DNA from: Calditrichota bacterium
Lineage (GTDB): Bacteria; Calditrichota; Calditrichia; Calditrichales; J004
NCBI GenBank assembly: GCA_024277115.1
Contig: JAJRVW010000056.1
Span: 1-33,015 of the forward strand
DNA length: 33,015 nucleotides
Direction: 5' to 3'
The number at the start of each line of letters is the position of its first letter. Position 1 is the first letter of the stretch. Positions 18,805 through 28,619 of this stretch are shown here, piece by piece. Made by a program: the position numbers and the translations under genes. The notes under the pieces were generated by a model. It did no database searches, was not told the origin of the DNA, and saw nothing but the letters and a program-made list of their open reading frames with translations.

Positions 18805-19425
18805 TTAATTCGCCATTTCCCGGATTAAACCAACCACCTTCCCCTGGATTGACCATTCCCCCGCTGGGTAAATATCGGAATAGGCCGGGTTTTCTGCCTG
18901 TAAATAGGTGGCCCCGTCTTTCTTGATCAGGCGCTTAACAGTCACATCGTCCTCGATAAGGGCAACAATTATTTCTTTGGAGTAGGCCGAGTTTACTGAA
19001 CGAACGATCACCAAATCATCCTCAAAAATACCGGCATTTATCATACTGTCGCCACGCACTTTAAGGGCAAAATAACGGCCTTCGGCTTTAATCATGGCAC
19101 GCGGAATGGAAACATAGCGCTCAACATTTTCCTGGGCAAGGATCGGGTAACCCGCTGCCACACGCCCAATAAGCGGCACATCATAATTATTATTATCGGC
19201 AGGGAGATAATCGGGATGGATTATGCGCAAGGCACGCGCGGACGAGTCTTTCTCTAAATAACCTTTGGCAACCAGGCTATCGATATGCTTTAAAATGGCA
19301 TACTTCGATTTTATATTTAAAATATTTGCCAATTCCTGATAGGTGGGCGCATAACTTTTTTCTTTTATATGCCCGGCAATAATCTCAAGAATTTCTTTTT
19401 GGCGGTCTGTTAATAATTTGCTCAT
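18805..19425 (-). CDS. lexA: LexA repressor (wHTH + S24 autopeptidase)
   Basis: N-terminus MSKLLTDRQKEILEII..YAPTYQELA (wHTH). AG cleavage site (VAAGYP). Ser-Lys dyad GDSM ... VKRL. The ORF track extends it to 19461 with a TTG start; the ATG at 19425 is more likely. Confidence 0.85.
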   Translation of the reverse strand: MSKLLTDRQKEILEIIAGHIKEKSYAPTYQELANILNIKSKYAILKHIDSLVAKGYLEKDSSARALRIIHPDYLPADNNNYDVPLIGRVAAGYPILAQENVERYVSIPRAMIKAEGRYFALKVRGDSMINAGIFEDDLVIVRSVNSAYSKEIIVALIEDDVTVKRLIKKDGATYLQAENPAYSDIYPAGEWSIQGKVVGLIREMAN

Positions 19426-19459
19426 GGTGTACCCCTGGTTAAATATACAAAAGTACACC
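19426..19459. promoter_or_regulatory. Inverted repeat GGTGTAC-N20-GTACACC containing a LexA-box-like TATAC-aaaa-GTACA (19445-19458), immediately upstream of the lexA start
   Basis: Seen directly in the sequence. It overlaps the lexA promoter/RBS region. The inner 14-mer differs from the 18216 palindrome at one position. Confidence 0.3.
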
Positions 19460-19693
19460 AAATCTACTATGGCAGTATAATTTATGCAAATATTAATTTC
19501 TGTCTTTCGAAAACTATATCTTCAAATGAGGAATATTTTTCGCAGCCCTACGAACAAATTCGCAGTAAATAAACACAAAAAGCCATAAAAGTAGATTATT
19601 TCAAACCCGGAAATTGTGATTACAGTCTGGCATAACAATTGAATAGGTGCTACATTTAAAACTTCTTAATTTTCATTCAATCACGGGACTACC

Positions 19694-22165
19694 ATGAAAC
19701 AGATAACAATTTTACTTGTGTGCCTTATTAGTTTTACCGCCGCTTTTACAGGGGAAATTCAACAAAAATACTCCCAGGTTAAAATCTTTTTTGATAGCAA
19801 AGAACAGGTTAAAAACCTTGCCCGGGAAGGCTTAATATTTGACCATGTCCAAATCAAAAAAGAAAAAGGGGAACGGTTTAATTTCACAACTGTAATTAAT
19901 GGATCAGAACTTGAGACACTAAACCAGAGCGGGTTAAGCTTTATCATAGAAACACCCGATATGATGGCCGCTTTTCAAAAACGGCAAAAAATGTCCGGGC
20001 AGCAATTAAAAACACTTGATGCCGATGATCCGCTTCAAGGATTTGAACTGGGGAGTATGGCCGGGTTTTATACTTTGGACGAAGCCGTTGCCGAGTTGGA
20101 CTCGATGTATTTACTTTACCCAAATATAATCACGGCAAAAGACTCGATCGGCACAACCATAGAAGGACGTACAGTTTGGATGGTAAAAATTTCCGATAAC
20201 CCCAATGATGATGAAGCCGAACCGGAAGTTTTGTACGATGCCCTGCACCATGCACGCGAGCCCGGTAGCATGATGACTGTAATCTATTATATGTATTATT
20301 TACTGGAGAACTACGGAACAGACCCGGAAGTGACATTTCTAGTTGATAACCGGGAGCTCTATTTTGTACCGATCGTAAACCCGGATGGCTATGAATACAA
20401 TCGTGAAATTGCCCCGGATGGCGGTGGCCTTTGGCGAAAAAACAAACGCGATAATAACGGAGATGGTCTTTTTAGTTCCAGCGACGACGGTGTTGATTTA
20501 AATAGAAATTACGGTCATGAATGGGCTTATGACGACAACGGCTCCAGTCCCAACATGAACTCATCGACATACCGCGGGGCAAGCGCTTTCTCCGAACCGG
20601 AAACACAGATTATGCGCGATTTGTGTATTGCCCGTGATTTTAAACTGGCCTTAAACTATCATACTTACTCCAACCTGCTTATCTATCCCTGGGGCTATAT
20701 TGGTTCCTTTTTAACACCGGATTCTAATTTGTACCAACAATTTGCAACGGACATGACCCAGTATAATAATTATACGCCCGGTACTGGGGATCAAACCGTT
20801 GGCTATCTTGTTAATGGCGACTCCGACGACTGGATGTATGGCGAACAAACCACTAAAAATAAAATTTTTGCCATGACGCCCGAAGTAGGAACTGTCTCGG
20901 ATGGCTTTTGGCCGGACCCGTCGCGGATTTATCCACAGGTTCAGGAAAATATTTATCCCAACCTTTTTGTAGCCTGGGCAGCCGGCGGGCTTGTACGCTT
21001 TGTTGATTTTAATATTTCTTATCCGGAAGGCCAAATAAACCTTAATGCGGGTGAGAGGGCCGTGCTTGTTTTTAATATTAAAAATATCGGACTGGGCGCT
21101 GCCGAAAACATTGAGATACGCTTAGTAAGCAATGATTCATTAATCACAACCGATGAAGGTATACTAACAATTTTCAATATCGAATCGCAAGATACAGTTC
21201 TATCGCCAAAATTTAGTTTTGTTGTAGATTCTACCGCCCCAGCCGGATATATGCCCGAAATAAATATAGAAATCAACCAACACGGTGTAAAAACATTGCA
21301 GCCCATTAAAGGGCTTGTAGTAGGCAAACCTCAAGTTATTTATAGCTATAACCTCGATGCACCTAGTGACGAGTGGTCCGCTGATACACCTTGGGAACGG
21401 ACAGGCCAGGGTGCTTCCTATACAGGTGATTACTACTTTACCGATAGCCCAAATGGCATTTACCCCGACGAAATTGATGTGTCACTTTATTTTGATACAC
21501 CGATAAATATAAGCGATGTAAACAGCGCCTCGCTCGAGTTTTGGAGCAAATGGGCAATTGAGAAGGGCTGGGATTTTGGGCAAGTCCAGGCTTCGTACGA
21601 TGGAACAAACTGGACAAGTTTGGAAGGAAATTATACAAGTACAGGTAGTGGAAATAATGGCGGTGTACAACCACTTGGCACACCCGGATATGACGGAAAA
21701 CAGACCACGTGGATCAAAGAACAGGTTAATCTAAATGCATTCATTGGAAAAGAACCGTTTTATTTACGGTTCAACCTGCAATCGGATAGTTATGTTAATG
21801 ATGATGGCTGGTATATTGATGACATCAGTATTGTAGTTTATAGAGATAGTATAATAAACAGCATTGAACCCAAAAAATTAATCGTTAATAAATTTGAACT
21901 CTATCAAAATTCTCCAAATCCATTTAACCCCACAACTCAGATTCGTTTTGGGTTGGCCAACGCTGGTGTGGTTGAAATTAAAATATTTGATTCTCTGGGC
22001 AAAGAAGTCCGGACATTATTAAACCAGGCTAAGCCTGCGGGGCAGCATGTGCTTTTATGGAATGGAAAAAATAATAATGGCGAATTGGCCGCATCCGGCG
22101 TTTATTTTTATACAATGAAAAGTGGGGATTTTATTTCAGGAAAGAAACTTCTTTTATTAAGATAA
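19694..22165 (+). CDS. M14-family zinc carboxypeptidase with a ~390-aa beta-rich C-terminal extension and T9SS C-terminal sorting domain
   Basis: It has a signal peptide. M14 catalytic motifs are HHAREPGS (Zn His/Glu), NRNYGHEW (Arg dyad) and LNYHTYSNLLIYPWGY (third Zn His). The C-terminus ...FELYQNSPNPFNPTTQIRF...GVYFYTMKSGDFISGKKLLLLR is a T9SS CTD. Confidence 0.85.
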   Translation: MKQITILLVCLISFTAAFTGEIQQKYSQVKIFFDSKEQVKNLAREGLIFDHVQIKKEKGERFNFTTVINGSELETLNQSGLSFIIETPDMMAAFQKRQKMSGQQLKTLDADDPLQGFELGSMAGFYTLDEAVAELDSMYLLYPNIITAKDSIGTTIEGRTVWMVKISDNPNDDEAEPEVLYDALHHAREPGSMMTVIYYMYYLLENYGTDPEVTFLVDNRELYFVPIVNPDGYEYNREIAPDGGGLWRKNKRDNNGDGLFSSSDDGVDLNRNYGHEWAYDDNGSSPNMNSSTYRGASAFSEPETQIMRDLCIARDFKLALNYHTYSNLLIYPWGYIGSFLTPDSNLYQQFATDMTQYNNYTPGTGDQTVGYLVNGDSDDWMYGEQTTKNKIFAMTPEVGTVSDGFWPDPSRIYPQVQENIYPNLFVAWAAGGLVRFVDFNISYPEGQINLNAGERAVLVFNIKNIGLGAAENIEIRLVSNDSLITTDEGILTIFNIESQDTVLSPKFSFVVDSTAPAGYMPEINIEINQHGVKTLQPIKGLVVGKPQVIYSYNLDAPSDEWSADTPWERTGQGASYTGDYYFTDSPNGIYPDEIDVSLYFDTPINISDVNSASLEFWSKWAIEKGWDFGQVQASYDGTNWTSLEGNYTSTGSGNNGGVQPLGTPGYDGKQTTWIKEQVNLNAFIGKEPFYLRFNLQSDSYVNDDGWYIDDISIVVYRDSIINSIEPKKLIVNKFELYQNSPNPFNPTTQIRFGLANAGVVEIKIFDSLGKEVRTLLNQAKPAGQHVLLWNGKNNNGELAASGVYFYTMKSGDFISGKKLLLLR

Positions 22166-22203
22166 GATTTTATTCTCACTAAAAACAAAAAGTTTAAATT
22201 TGT

Positions 22204-22247
22204 AAGGCAAACCCGGGATTCACAAAAATCGGTTTGCCTTTTTTTAT
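22204..22247 (+). terminator. Rho-independent terminator
   Basis: Stem aaggcaaacc (22204-22213) / ggtttgcctt (22231-22240) is followed by a T7 run. Confidence 0.65.
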
Positions 22248-22618
22248 GGGCTTTTTTAGCCACTGTGGTTTGCTCGCTAGTACAACATCATTTTGCAATG
22301 CAGGTATATACATAAAGGCTTTGTACTTTATCTTAATCTTCATTTTATACTTCATTACTTACTCCTTGTTTTAAAACTCCACTAATTATATAAAAATATT
22401 CAACTTAAGTAATTGATCGCCATCATGTGTTTTTAATGGCATTTATCACACAATACCGTTTTTGTGTAATTTATATACACTTTTTCGATAAAAATGATTC
22501 AACCTTGAGAAAATAGTTTCTATTGGTAAGAGTACTTGTTAAATAAAGTCTTGCATTTACAATATCTTTTGTATACCTTTTAAGGTGTACGTTCGTGACA
22601 ATATAATAAGGAGCTATC

Positions 22619-22840
22619 ATGAATGCAACTCTTCAACACAAAACAGCAGAAAGTATTAATAGTGTTGATTCTTTATTTTCTCAAACACAACAACTCATTT
22701 TCTCACTTGGTGAAAATGAACGGGAAGAATTTGAGGAAAGGGCATCAATAATGGAGTTTGACGGTGGGCTTAGCCGTGAAGAAGCAGACTGGAGGGCCTT
22801 ACGGATTATTCTTGAAAACAGGTTAAAAATTGCAGTCTGA
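22619..22840 (+). CDS. Small acidic hypothetical protein (73 aa)
   Basis: A strong SD (aaggag) lies 6 nt upstream of the ATG. A TATAAT at 22603-22608 is preceded by GTATACC-N6-GGTGTAC-gttc-GTGAC box-like elements. No known motifs. Confidence 0.4.
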   Translation: MNATLQHKTAESINSVDSLFSQTQQLIFSLGENEREEFEERASIMEFDGGLSREEADWRALRIILENRLKIAV

Positions 22841-22923
22841 TCTATTCAATCAGCATACATAAGCAAGGAATAGTGCATCCTGTTTAAAGGGTACCATAAG
22901 TAATTCGGTTCGCAATAATCCAA

Positions 22924-25900
22924 TTAACCGTTTTCACCGGCAAGGCGGGCCATTTGCAAAATATAAAATCGTAATTTTGATTGTTCTTTTTGAGAAAGAA
23001 GTTGCTCATCAATTTTTATAATACGCTTTATATCATGTAAAACACGCATCGTGTCAATGGGTAAACTATCGTTATTTTCTGGTAAGCGCGAAATATACTC
23101 GACCACTGAATGTAAAAACTGGCGCATAGAGTCATCCGCCGCACCGCGTAAAAGTGAATTAACTTGATTTATCATGCGGCTTGAGCGTGACTGCCCTAAA
23201 TTTATGGCAGCTTCTTTTCCTGCTACACTCCCCGCCAAGGTTGTTAAGGCTTTGGCCAGGTCTATAAAACTACTCACCTGATGAAAAATATTTTCACCAA
23301 TTAAATCCCAGGTTTTCTGCCGCCATCTTTGTATGCGCCCGGGTAATTCCAACAAGTGTTTCATTTCCAACAGCCAGCCTTTAGGAGCCACTACACGAAA
23401 GGATGATACCAGTGCTTTCATTTCAACATTAAATAAATCCGGTTGTAAAAGGACTGCAATATCCGGGCGTACAAAAGGCAGTAAATCAGCTTTAAAACAA
23501 TTCTTCTCAAAATAATCACCGGGTACCAAACCTTGACGGGCAATTAGTTCTCTTTGCAAAAGCGGGATGAACTCATACATGTATTCAAAATCTTCATCCA
23601 GGGCGTGCAAGGCCGAGTTGCCCGTATTAAAGGCCGGGGATATTTTTTTTATATATTTAAGGCCATCTTGCCCATAAATACGCAAGCCCTGCAATATTTC
23701 CATCACCGGTAGTTCTTGCAAAATTCTACCTGTTTTTTGTGTGCCGTGTAAATCAACGATAATTTTAAGCGCCCTAAATAGGCCGGTCGTTAATTGGTTC
23801 ACACCAAGAATCATTGATTGTGCACGGTTATGACCAATTGCCCGTAACAAACTTCCATGATGTGCGAGGGGCAGGGTTTGGGCGATACGTTCAACAATTT
23901 TTTGTCCTGCAAGATTTGAAGAATCGCTTGATGGGCGGACAGTCGGCCTATCGCGCAGGGTAGGTACCATCTGCGAGATAAAATAGGAAATGGCGTGGAT
24001 GCCAACAATATCTTCATCCTTGCCATAAAGAATCTGCCTGAAATTTTCACGGCTAAGCTCTTTAAACTCTTCCAAAATTTTGTTATCTGTTAAGCAGCAA
24101 TTTCGTTTTAACTCACCAATTATCCGCTCTTCGATATTTAAACGCGACTGTTGAAATAAGCGTCCGGTTCGTAATAGATCATTTTTATACAGTTTTTGGA
24201 TTTCTGAAATATGATGAAGTAGCTGTGACCGCTCTTCAAAATCTAAAAATCGAAAAATATGCTCCGCCGCATTACTCTGAACGGTACGAAGCTCGCCACC
24301 GGCATGGAGCCCTTTTAGGGGTATAGCTGCAAATTGTAAGCTCTTTTCTGCATACGGTTTTAACAATCCTTTGGGCAATAAATCCAATGCCAACCGTTTA
24401 TCCAAAAGCGATTTACCGGACAGAGCTGTAAAATATCCACCCTGTCTCTGCATCGGCTCACCACAACCCAGCTTAATCCGCAACGTTCCGATTAAGCCTT
24501 TCTCGGCCAACCATTTATAAAAGAAAAATTTGGTTTCTTTAAATAATTCCCAACTTTTTGCCTGCCCTACTTGCTGGCTTAAATCCGAACCGGCCACAAA
24601 TATTTCACACAAAATTTCCTGGAAACGTTCACCCACAGCTTGTTTAATTGTCCGGCTCTGTTCAGCAAACGTCCAAACCTGGTTAAGATAATCGTGCAAA
24701 TTGTTTATTATTTGTTCTTCTTCGAATAATGGGATCAACCAAAAGCCGAAAAGAAACGGGGTATTATTTTCGCGGTTTATAAGTTCTGTTTTTGAGGTTA
24801 TTAAACGGCTTAACTCGATTAGTGCCCGCGCATTGGAAGACATACTTATTTGCAAGGCCATAATCAGGCCCGGGTTACCAAAACGCGCACCGATTTGATT
24901 GATCTCTAAAAGATTGTGTACCGTATTCTCGATTGTAAACGGGTCTTTGGACGTAACTGTTTTTTGATGGATACGTGGCGTTAACACAAATCGCGAAAGC
25001 AGGTTTTTATACGAAGCTGCGAGTAAGGCAATTTGTTGATCATCAATATTTTCCACAATTTTTGGGATTAAAAAATTTAGCTTTTTGCGAAGTGTTTTAT
25101 TTAACTCAAAATAATATTCCAATGACGATTTACGCTGCTGCCGCAAATTTAACATTGTTTTTTCCAGGCGGCTATTATGTGAAACCAACACGGTAAGCGG
25201 ATCACGCCTTAATTTTAAATTTACGGCAACCCTGCGCAACCGGCTGCCGTGTAAAGCGGTTGGCAACAATCCTTTATATTTTTTTTCGAGTTGATTTGTG
25301 AGGCGGGTAATTTTGTTTAATAATTTCCAGAACTTGTCTATCCCCTTCTGTAAATTATTTATTTTTACCATTAGCGCCGGATCCATTTTTATGGACGGAT
25401 CGAGCCGGTGTAATTTTTTTATAAAACGGGCCATCTGCTTCACATTTTCTAACAGCACGGCCGCCACCAAACGATGCCCCTGCCCGGATGGCCGTGTACT
25501 GCCATCCCAATCGCCCCAAAATGAAAGCAGGTTTTTGGTGCCATGTGGCGCATATAATTCTGTTTGTACCATCGCCTTCAGGTCATATATCAGTTCATGC
25601 GCTTCTTGCTCAGAGTTTACTGGAATATTGAGCCCAAAATATTCTTTTACAATCTCGGTTGCAATCTCTGCGGCGTTATCAACCATTTTCCCTGGCTCAA
25701 AAAACAGATCGTCAAAAACTGCATTAACCAGCACATCTACAGTAAGGGCGTACATTTGTGTGGGATGAACAGTCCGGTCGAACAATCTTTCCTGAAATTG
25801 GGTTTGCCGTTGTTCAAACACATCTTTGGCCAGTTCATCTTTTAGCTGGCTTGCCGTTTTTTGCCCACTTTGTGATTGTACGCGCACAATTAGTTTTGAA

Positions 25901-28446
25901 TATAATTTTAGATAATCATTAAAACGCTGGTTTAAGATTGTTGTACGCCAAGGCAGAAAATTATTCTTAAAACTATTTTCACAGTCTAAAGCATCGAGCC
26001 CCATGGCCACTTTTTTAAAATTAGCCGCTGCTTTTTGCTCAATTTCTGATACAAATTCGGCCCACCTGTTTTTAGCCTTTTCAAATACCGGTAAGATTGT
26101 TTCTTCCCCAACCATTCCGTGGCCCAACACAATATAATCACGCGACTCCTCATCGATCAGTCGGTTCAATTCAATAATCAGGCGCCGTGTTTTATTTTTT
26201 AAAACTTCGGCATCATCTTTACCACCAAGCGAAAGGCGAAACCTGTTACGGGCAAGGGCATATCCTCTTTTAGATTTTGAGAATGCCGTGAGGGGCACGA
26301 GCCCAATCCCCCTTTGGGCAAGTTTTAAACTGATATTTTCTGTTGCAATTCCCTGCGGCAGCTTGTTAATAATTAAGTGCGGGTACATGCTTCCTGTTGG
26401 CAGTTTAACACAAATTTGATACGGATTACGCTCAGCAGGAAACGCATCAAATGCCGATTTAATCCCTTCGGCGCGCTCTGCAAAGATAAAATTACGAGTG
26501 GCCCAAAACCGTCTTAAATCATCCGGGTTATTGCGATAAAACAAATATGCCAGGAACAAAGCCATGGTATTTGGTTGAAGAAATTTTTTAATTTCTGTGA
26601 ATTGTGATTTTAATTGCGGATCAGTAATTTCAGCAACCGTAAGCCGTGCCCCGGCAAAACAATCTGTTTTAGAGAGCGCGTGCATAGTTATTAAAAAACT
26701 TAATTTTGAGGCCGGTAATAACCCCTTTTTAACCGCCTCCAAAGCAAGCTCTTTTAATGTAAGGATTTTTACTTCGGTTTTTGAAGGCGCCACATCCTGA
26801 TAGCACAAATCATCAATTACAATAATATTCTGATCGAGCAGATTTATTAAAAGGTTTGTTATGGCTGGTTCGTTTAAAATATTTCCACTGGCATTATGCG
26901 GATTATTTAATACAACGGCGCCATAACTTTTCCATTGATCGTCTTGTTTTAGCCTGCGGGCAACCTTCCCCAGCAGCCCTTCCGTATTGAGCTGTTCACC
27001 AATAAAAAGTGGGACGGTTATAACCCTCTCAAAACCATTTTCATAAGACCAGCTCCAGTCAAAAGTTATAATTTCATCTATGCCACAATGATGCCCAAGT
27101 AAACTAAGGGCCGTCCGTGAAGAACCACTTATGGCAAAACAATTTATGCGACTATATTGCGGTTTATGTTTGATAAACTGGCCAAGAAATGCCCCTTCAA
27201 TATCGGGCAGGTTATTGTGGGTGAGTGAAGAAAATAGACCTGTGGCACTTTTTGCCCCATAACTATCATCCGGATAATTTTTATTGAACCGCTCGCTCAA
27301 ATGTGCCCATTGTTTTTGAGCCTTAACCTGGACAGCCTCTGAATACTTTTCGGCATACTTTGAAAAGGAAGCAAGCTTATTTTCAGCGAATTTTAAAACC
27401 GGGACATCTTTTATGTTTTCATTTTCATAGAAACGCCCCTGGCCCTTTTCAGCAGAAAGCGGAACTGAAGTTTTCTCTTTTTCCGGCGAGGCAGGATGGT
27501 TAAGCTGAAACTCAAGCAAATCTTTTTCGGTGGAGGAAGGCGTCCCCTTTAATTCAAAATGGACTGACTCGATGCGCTTTAAAATAGCGGCATTTCCTAA
27601 AACAAACTGGATGGCATTGTTTGCCAGACGGTTATTAAAAACCGCAGCGGTTAAAAAACGGATCACTGAATATTTTAACCCGGATTCCCGTGCAAGAGAT
27701 TGGTGGTTTGGAGCATCAAAAAGTTCAACAAAGAGCACACTGTTTTTTTGGGATGATTTTCTTAAATCCCTGCGTTCATTCTCATTCAAAACTTTTCCCA
27801 AAAGAACGAGAACAGGCTGTCCCTTTAGTTGATCAAATAAATCCTGGAAATTATTTTTTAATTGCGGCCCTTCAATTTCCCGGAAAAGTTCTACACCAAA
27901 GAAACCATTCAGATAGTCAGGCAATTTAAAATCGATTGTTACCACGCGTATCGGAAACTGAACAGAAAAGCGGGACAGCGCAGAAAAGAGAACACGTACA
28001 AACTCATACTTGCCGCCGCTGCTTAAAATGCATTCCCTATCCGATTTTTCTCCAAAAGAATACTGAAGAGGCTCTTGTTGCCCGCTAAGCCAATCCTGGA
28101 TATTTTTCACTAGTTGCGGAATCTGACCGGCTGCAAATCCACCTCGGGGTAAATAGGGAACGGCATTTTTTATAGCCGAATAAATAAAAGCAAGTTGTTC
28201 GCGTTGTACTGGATTTTGATCTGCCAAGGCCGGTTCGTTCTCATCCAAAACAGATTTGGGGAAACCGCTGCAAAGAGAGAAATACATGTCAACGAGGCGA
28301 TCGTCCTGTAAGGGATTGCCAATATGAAAATTAATTTTTTTATTTGCCGGGATCGGCACAGCCTGTGTTGCTTCACTTATTTCGGAAACTTTTGCTACTT
28401 TTAGGGGCTGTAAGGGAAAAGGCATCCGGCTTTTGGGATTTTTCAT
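22924..28446 (-). CDS. Giant 1840-aa multidomain protein with an embedded fold-type-I PLP-dependent aminotransferase-like domain (about residues 380-760; nt ~26169-27309); remainder unassigned
   Basis: This is an uninterrupted 5.5-kb ORF. The class I/II aminotransferase motif set is present: Gly-rich SGSSRTALSLLG, NNPHNASG (NPxNPTG type), IVIDDLCYQD (DEAY type), LSKTDCFAGARL (PLP-Lys) and a C-terminal Arg in ALARNRFRLSLGG. There is no signal peptide, TM segment or Walker motif. Confidence 0.7.
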   Translation of the reverse strand: MKNPKSRMPFPLQPLKVAKVSEISEATQAVPIPANKKINFHIGNPLQDDRLVDMYFSLCSGFPKSVLDENEPALADQNPVQREQLAFIYSAIKNAVPYLPRGGFAAGQIPQLVKNIQDWLSGQQEPLQYSFGEKSDRECILSSGGKYEFVRVLFSALSRFSVQFPIRVVTIDFKLPDYLNGFFGVELFREIEGPQLKNNFQDLFDQLKGQPVLVLLGKVLNENERRDLRKSSQKNSVLFVELFDAPNHQSLARESGLKYSVIRFLTAAVFNNRLANNAIQFVLGNAAILKRIESVHFELKGTPSSTEKDLLEFQLNHPASPEKEKTSVPLSAEKGQGRFYENENIKDVPVLKFAENKLASFSKYAEKYSEAVQVKAQKQWAHLSERFNKNYPDDSYGAKSATGLFSSLTHNNLPDIEGAFLGQFIKHKPQYSRINCFAISGSSRTALSLLGHHCGIDEIITFDWSWSYENGFERVITVPLFIGEQLNTEGLLGKVARRLKQDDQWKSYGAVVLNNPHNASGNILNEPAITNLLINLLDQNIIVIDDLCYQDVAPSKTEVKILTLKELALEAVKKGLLPASKLSFLITMHALSKTDCFAGARLTVAEITDPQLKSQFTEIKKFLQPNTMALFLAYLFYRNNPDDLRRFWATRNFIFAERAEGIKSAFDAFPAERNPYQICVKLPTGSMYPHLIINKLPQGIATENISLKLAQRGIGLVPLTAFSKSKRGYALARNRFRLSLGGKDDAEVLKNKTRRLIIELNRLIDEESRDYIVLGHGMVGEETILPVFEKAKNRWAEFVSEIEQKAAANFKKVAMGLDALDCENSFKNNFLPWRTTILNQRFNDYLKLYSKLIVRVQSQSGQKTASQLKDELAKDVFEQRQTQFQERLFDRTVHPTQMYALTVDVLVNAVFDDLFFEPGKMVDNAAEIATEIVKEYFGLNIPVNSEQEAHELIYDLKAMVQTELYAPHGTKNLLSFWGDWDGSTRPSGQGHRLVAAVLLENVKQMARFIKKLHRLDPSIKMDPALMVKINNLQKGIDKFWKLLNKITRLTNQLEKKYKGLLPTALHGSRLRRVAVNLKLRRDPLTVLVSHNSRLEKTMLNLRQQRKSSLEYYFELNKTLRKKLNFLIPKIVENIDDQQIALLAASYKNLLSRFVLTPRIHQKTVTSKDPFTIENTVHNLLEINQIGARFGNPGLIMALQISMSSNARALIELSRLITSKTELINRENNTPFLFGFWLIPLFEEEQIINNLHDYLNQVWTFAEQSRTIKQAVGERFQEILCEIFVAGSDLSQQVGQAKSWELFKETKFFFYKWLAEKGLIGTLRIKLGCGEPMQRQGGYFTALSGKSLLDKRLALDLLPKGLLKPYAEKSLQFAAIPLKGLHAGGELRTVQSNAAEHIFRFLDFEERSQLLHHISEIQKLYKNDLLRTGRLFQQSRLNIEERIIGELKRNCCLTDNKILEEFKELSRENFRQILYGKDEDIVGIHAISYFISQMVPTLRDRPTVRPSSDSSNLAGQKIVERIAQTLPLAHHGSLLRAIGHNRAQSMILGVNQLTTGLFRALKIIVDLHGTQKTGRILQELPVMEILQGLRIYGQDGLKYIKKISPAFNTGNSALHALDEDFEYMYEFIPLLQRELIARQGLVPGDYFEKNCFKADLLPFVRPDIAVLLQPDLFNVEMKALVSSFRVVAPKGWLLEMKHLLELPGRIQRWRQKTWDLIGENIFHQVSSFIDLAKALTTLAGSVAGKEAAINLGQSRSSRMINQVNSLLRGAADDSMRQFLHSVVEYISRLPENNDSLPIDTMRVLHDIKRIIKIDEQLLSQKEQSKLRFYILQMARLAGENG

Positions 28447-28619
28447 TTTTAGGCCAATGTTTCACTGGGAATTTAGTAAGGCTACTTTTGAGCAGAGTTT
28501 TTCAATAACCCGACCCGTACAAATACTGTCACCCTAAATAATTTAAACCACTTTTTTAGTGTTTGGCTTTAGGATGTGGTGATAAAACAAAACGACAGGG
28601 ATCAAAACATGATCGCGAT

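Noticed and set aside
22924-28446. The giant ORF as a NAD-glutamate dehydrogenase (large GDH) or PEP carboxylase
   Set aside because: No Rossmann GxGxxG, GDH catalytic Lys region or PEPC GRGG motifs were seen. The only recognisable enzymatic signature is the fold-type-I PLP set.
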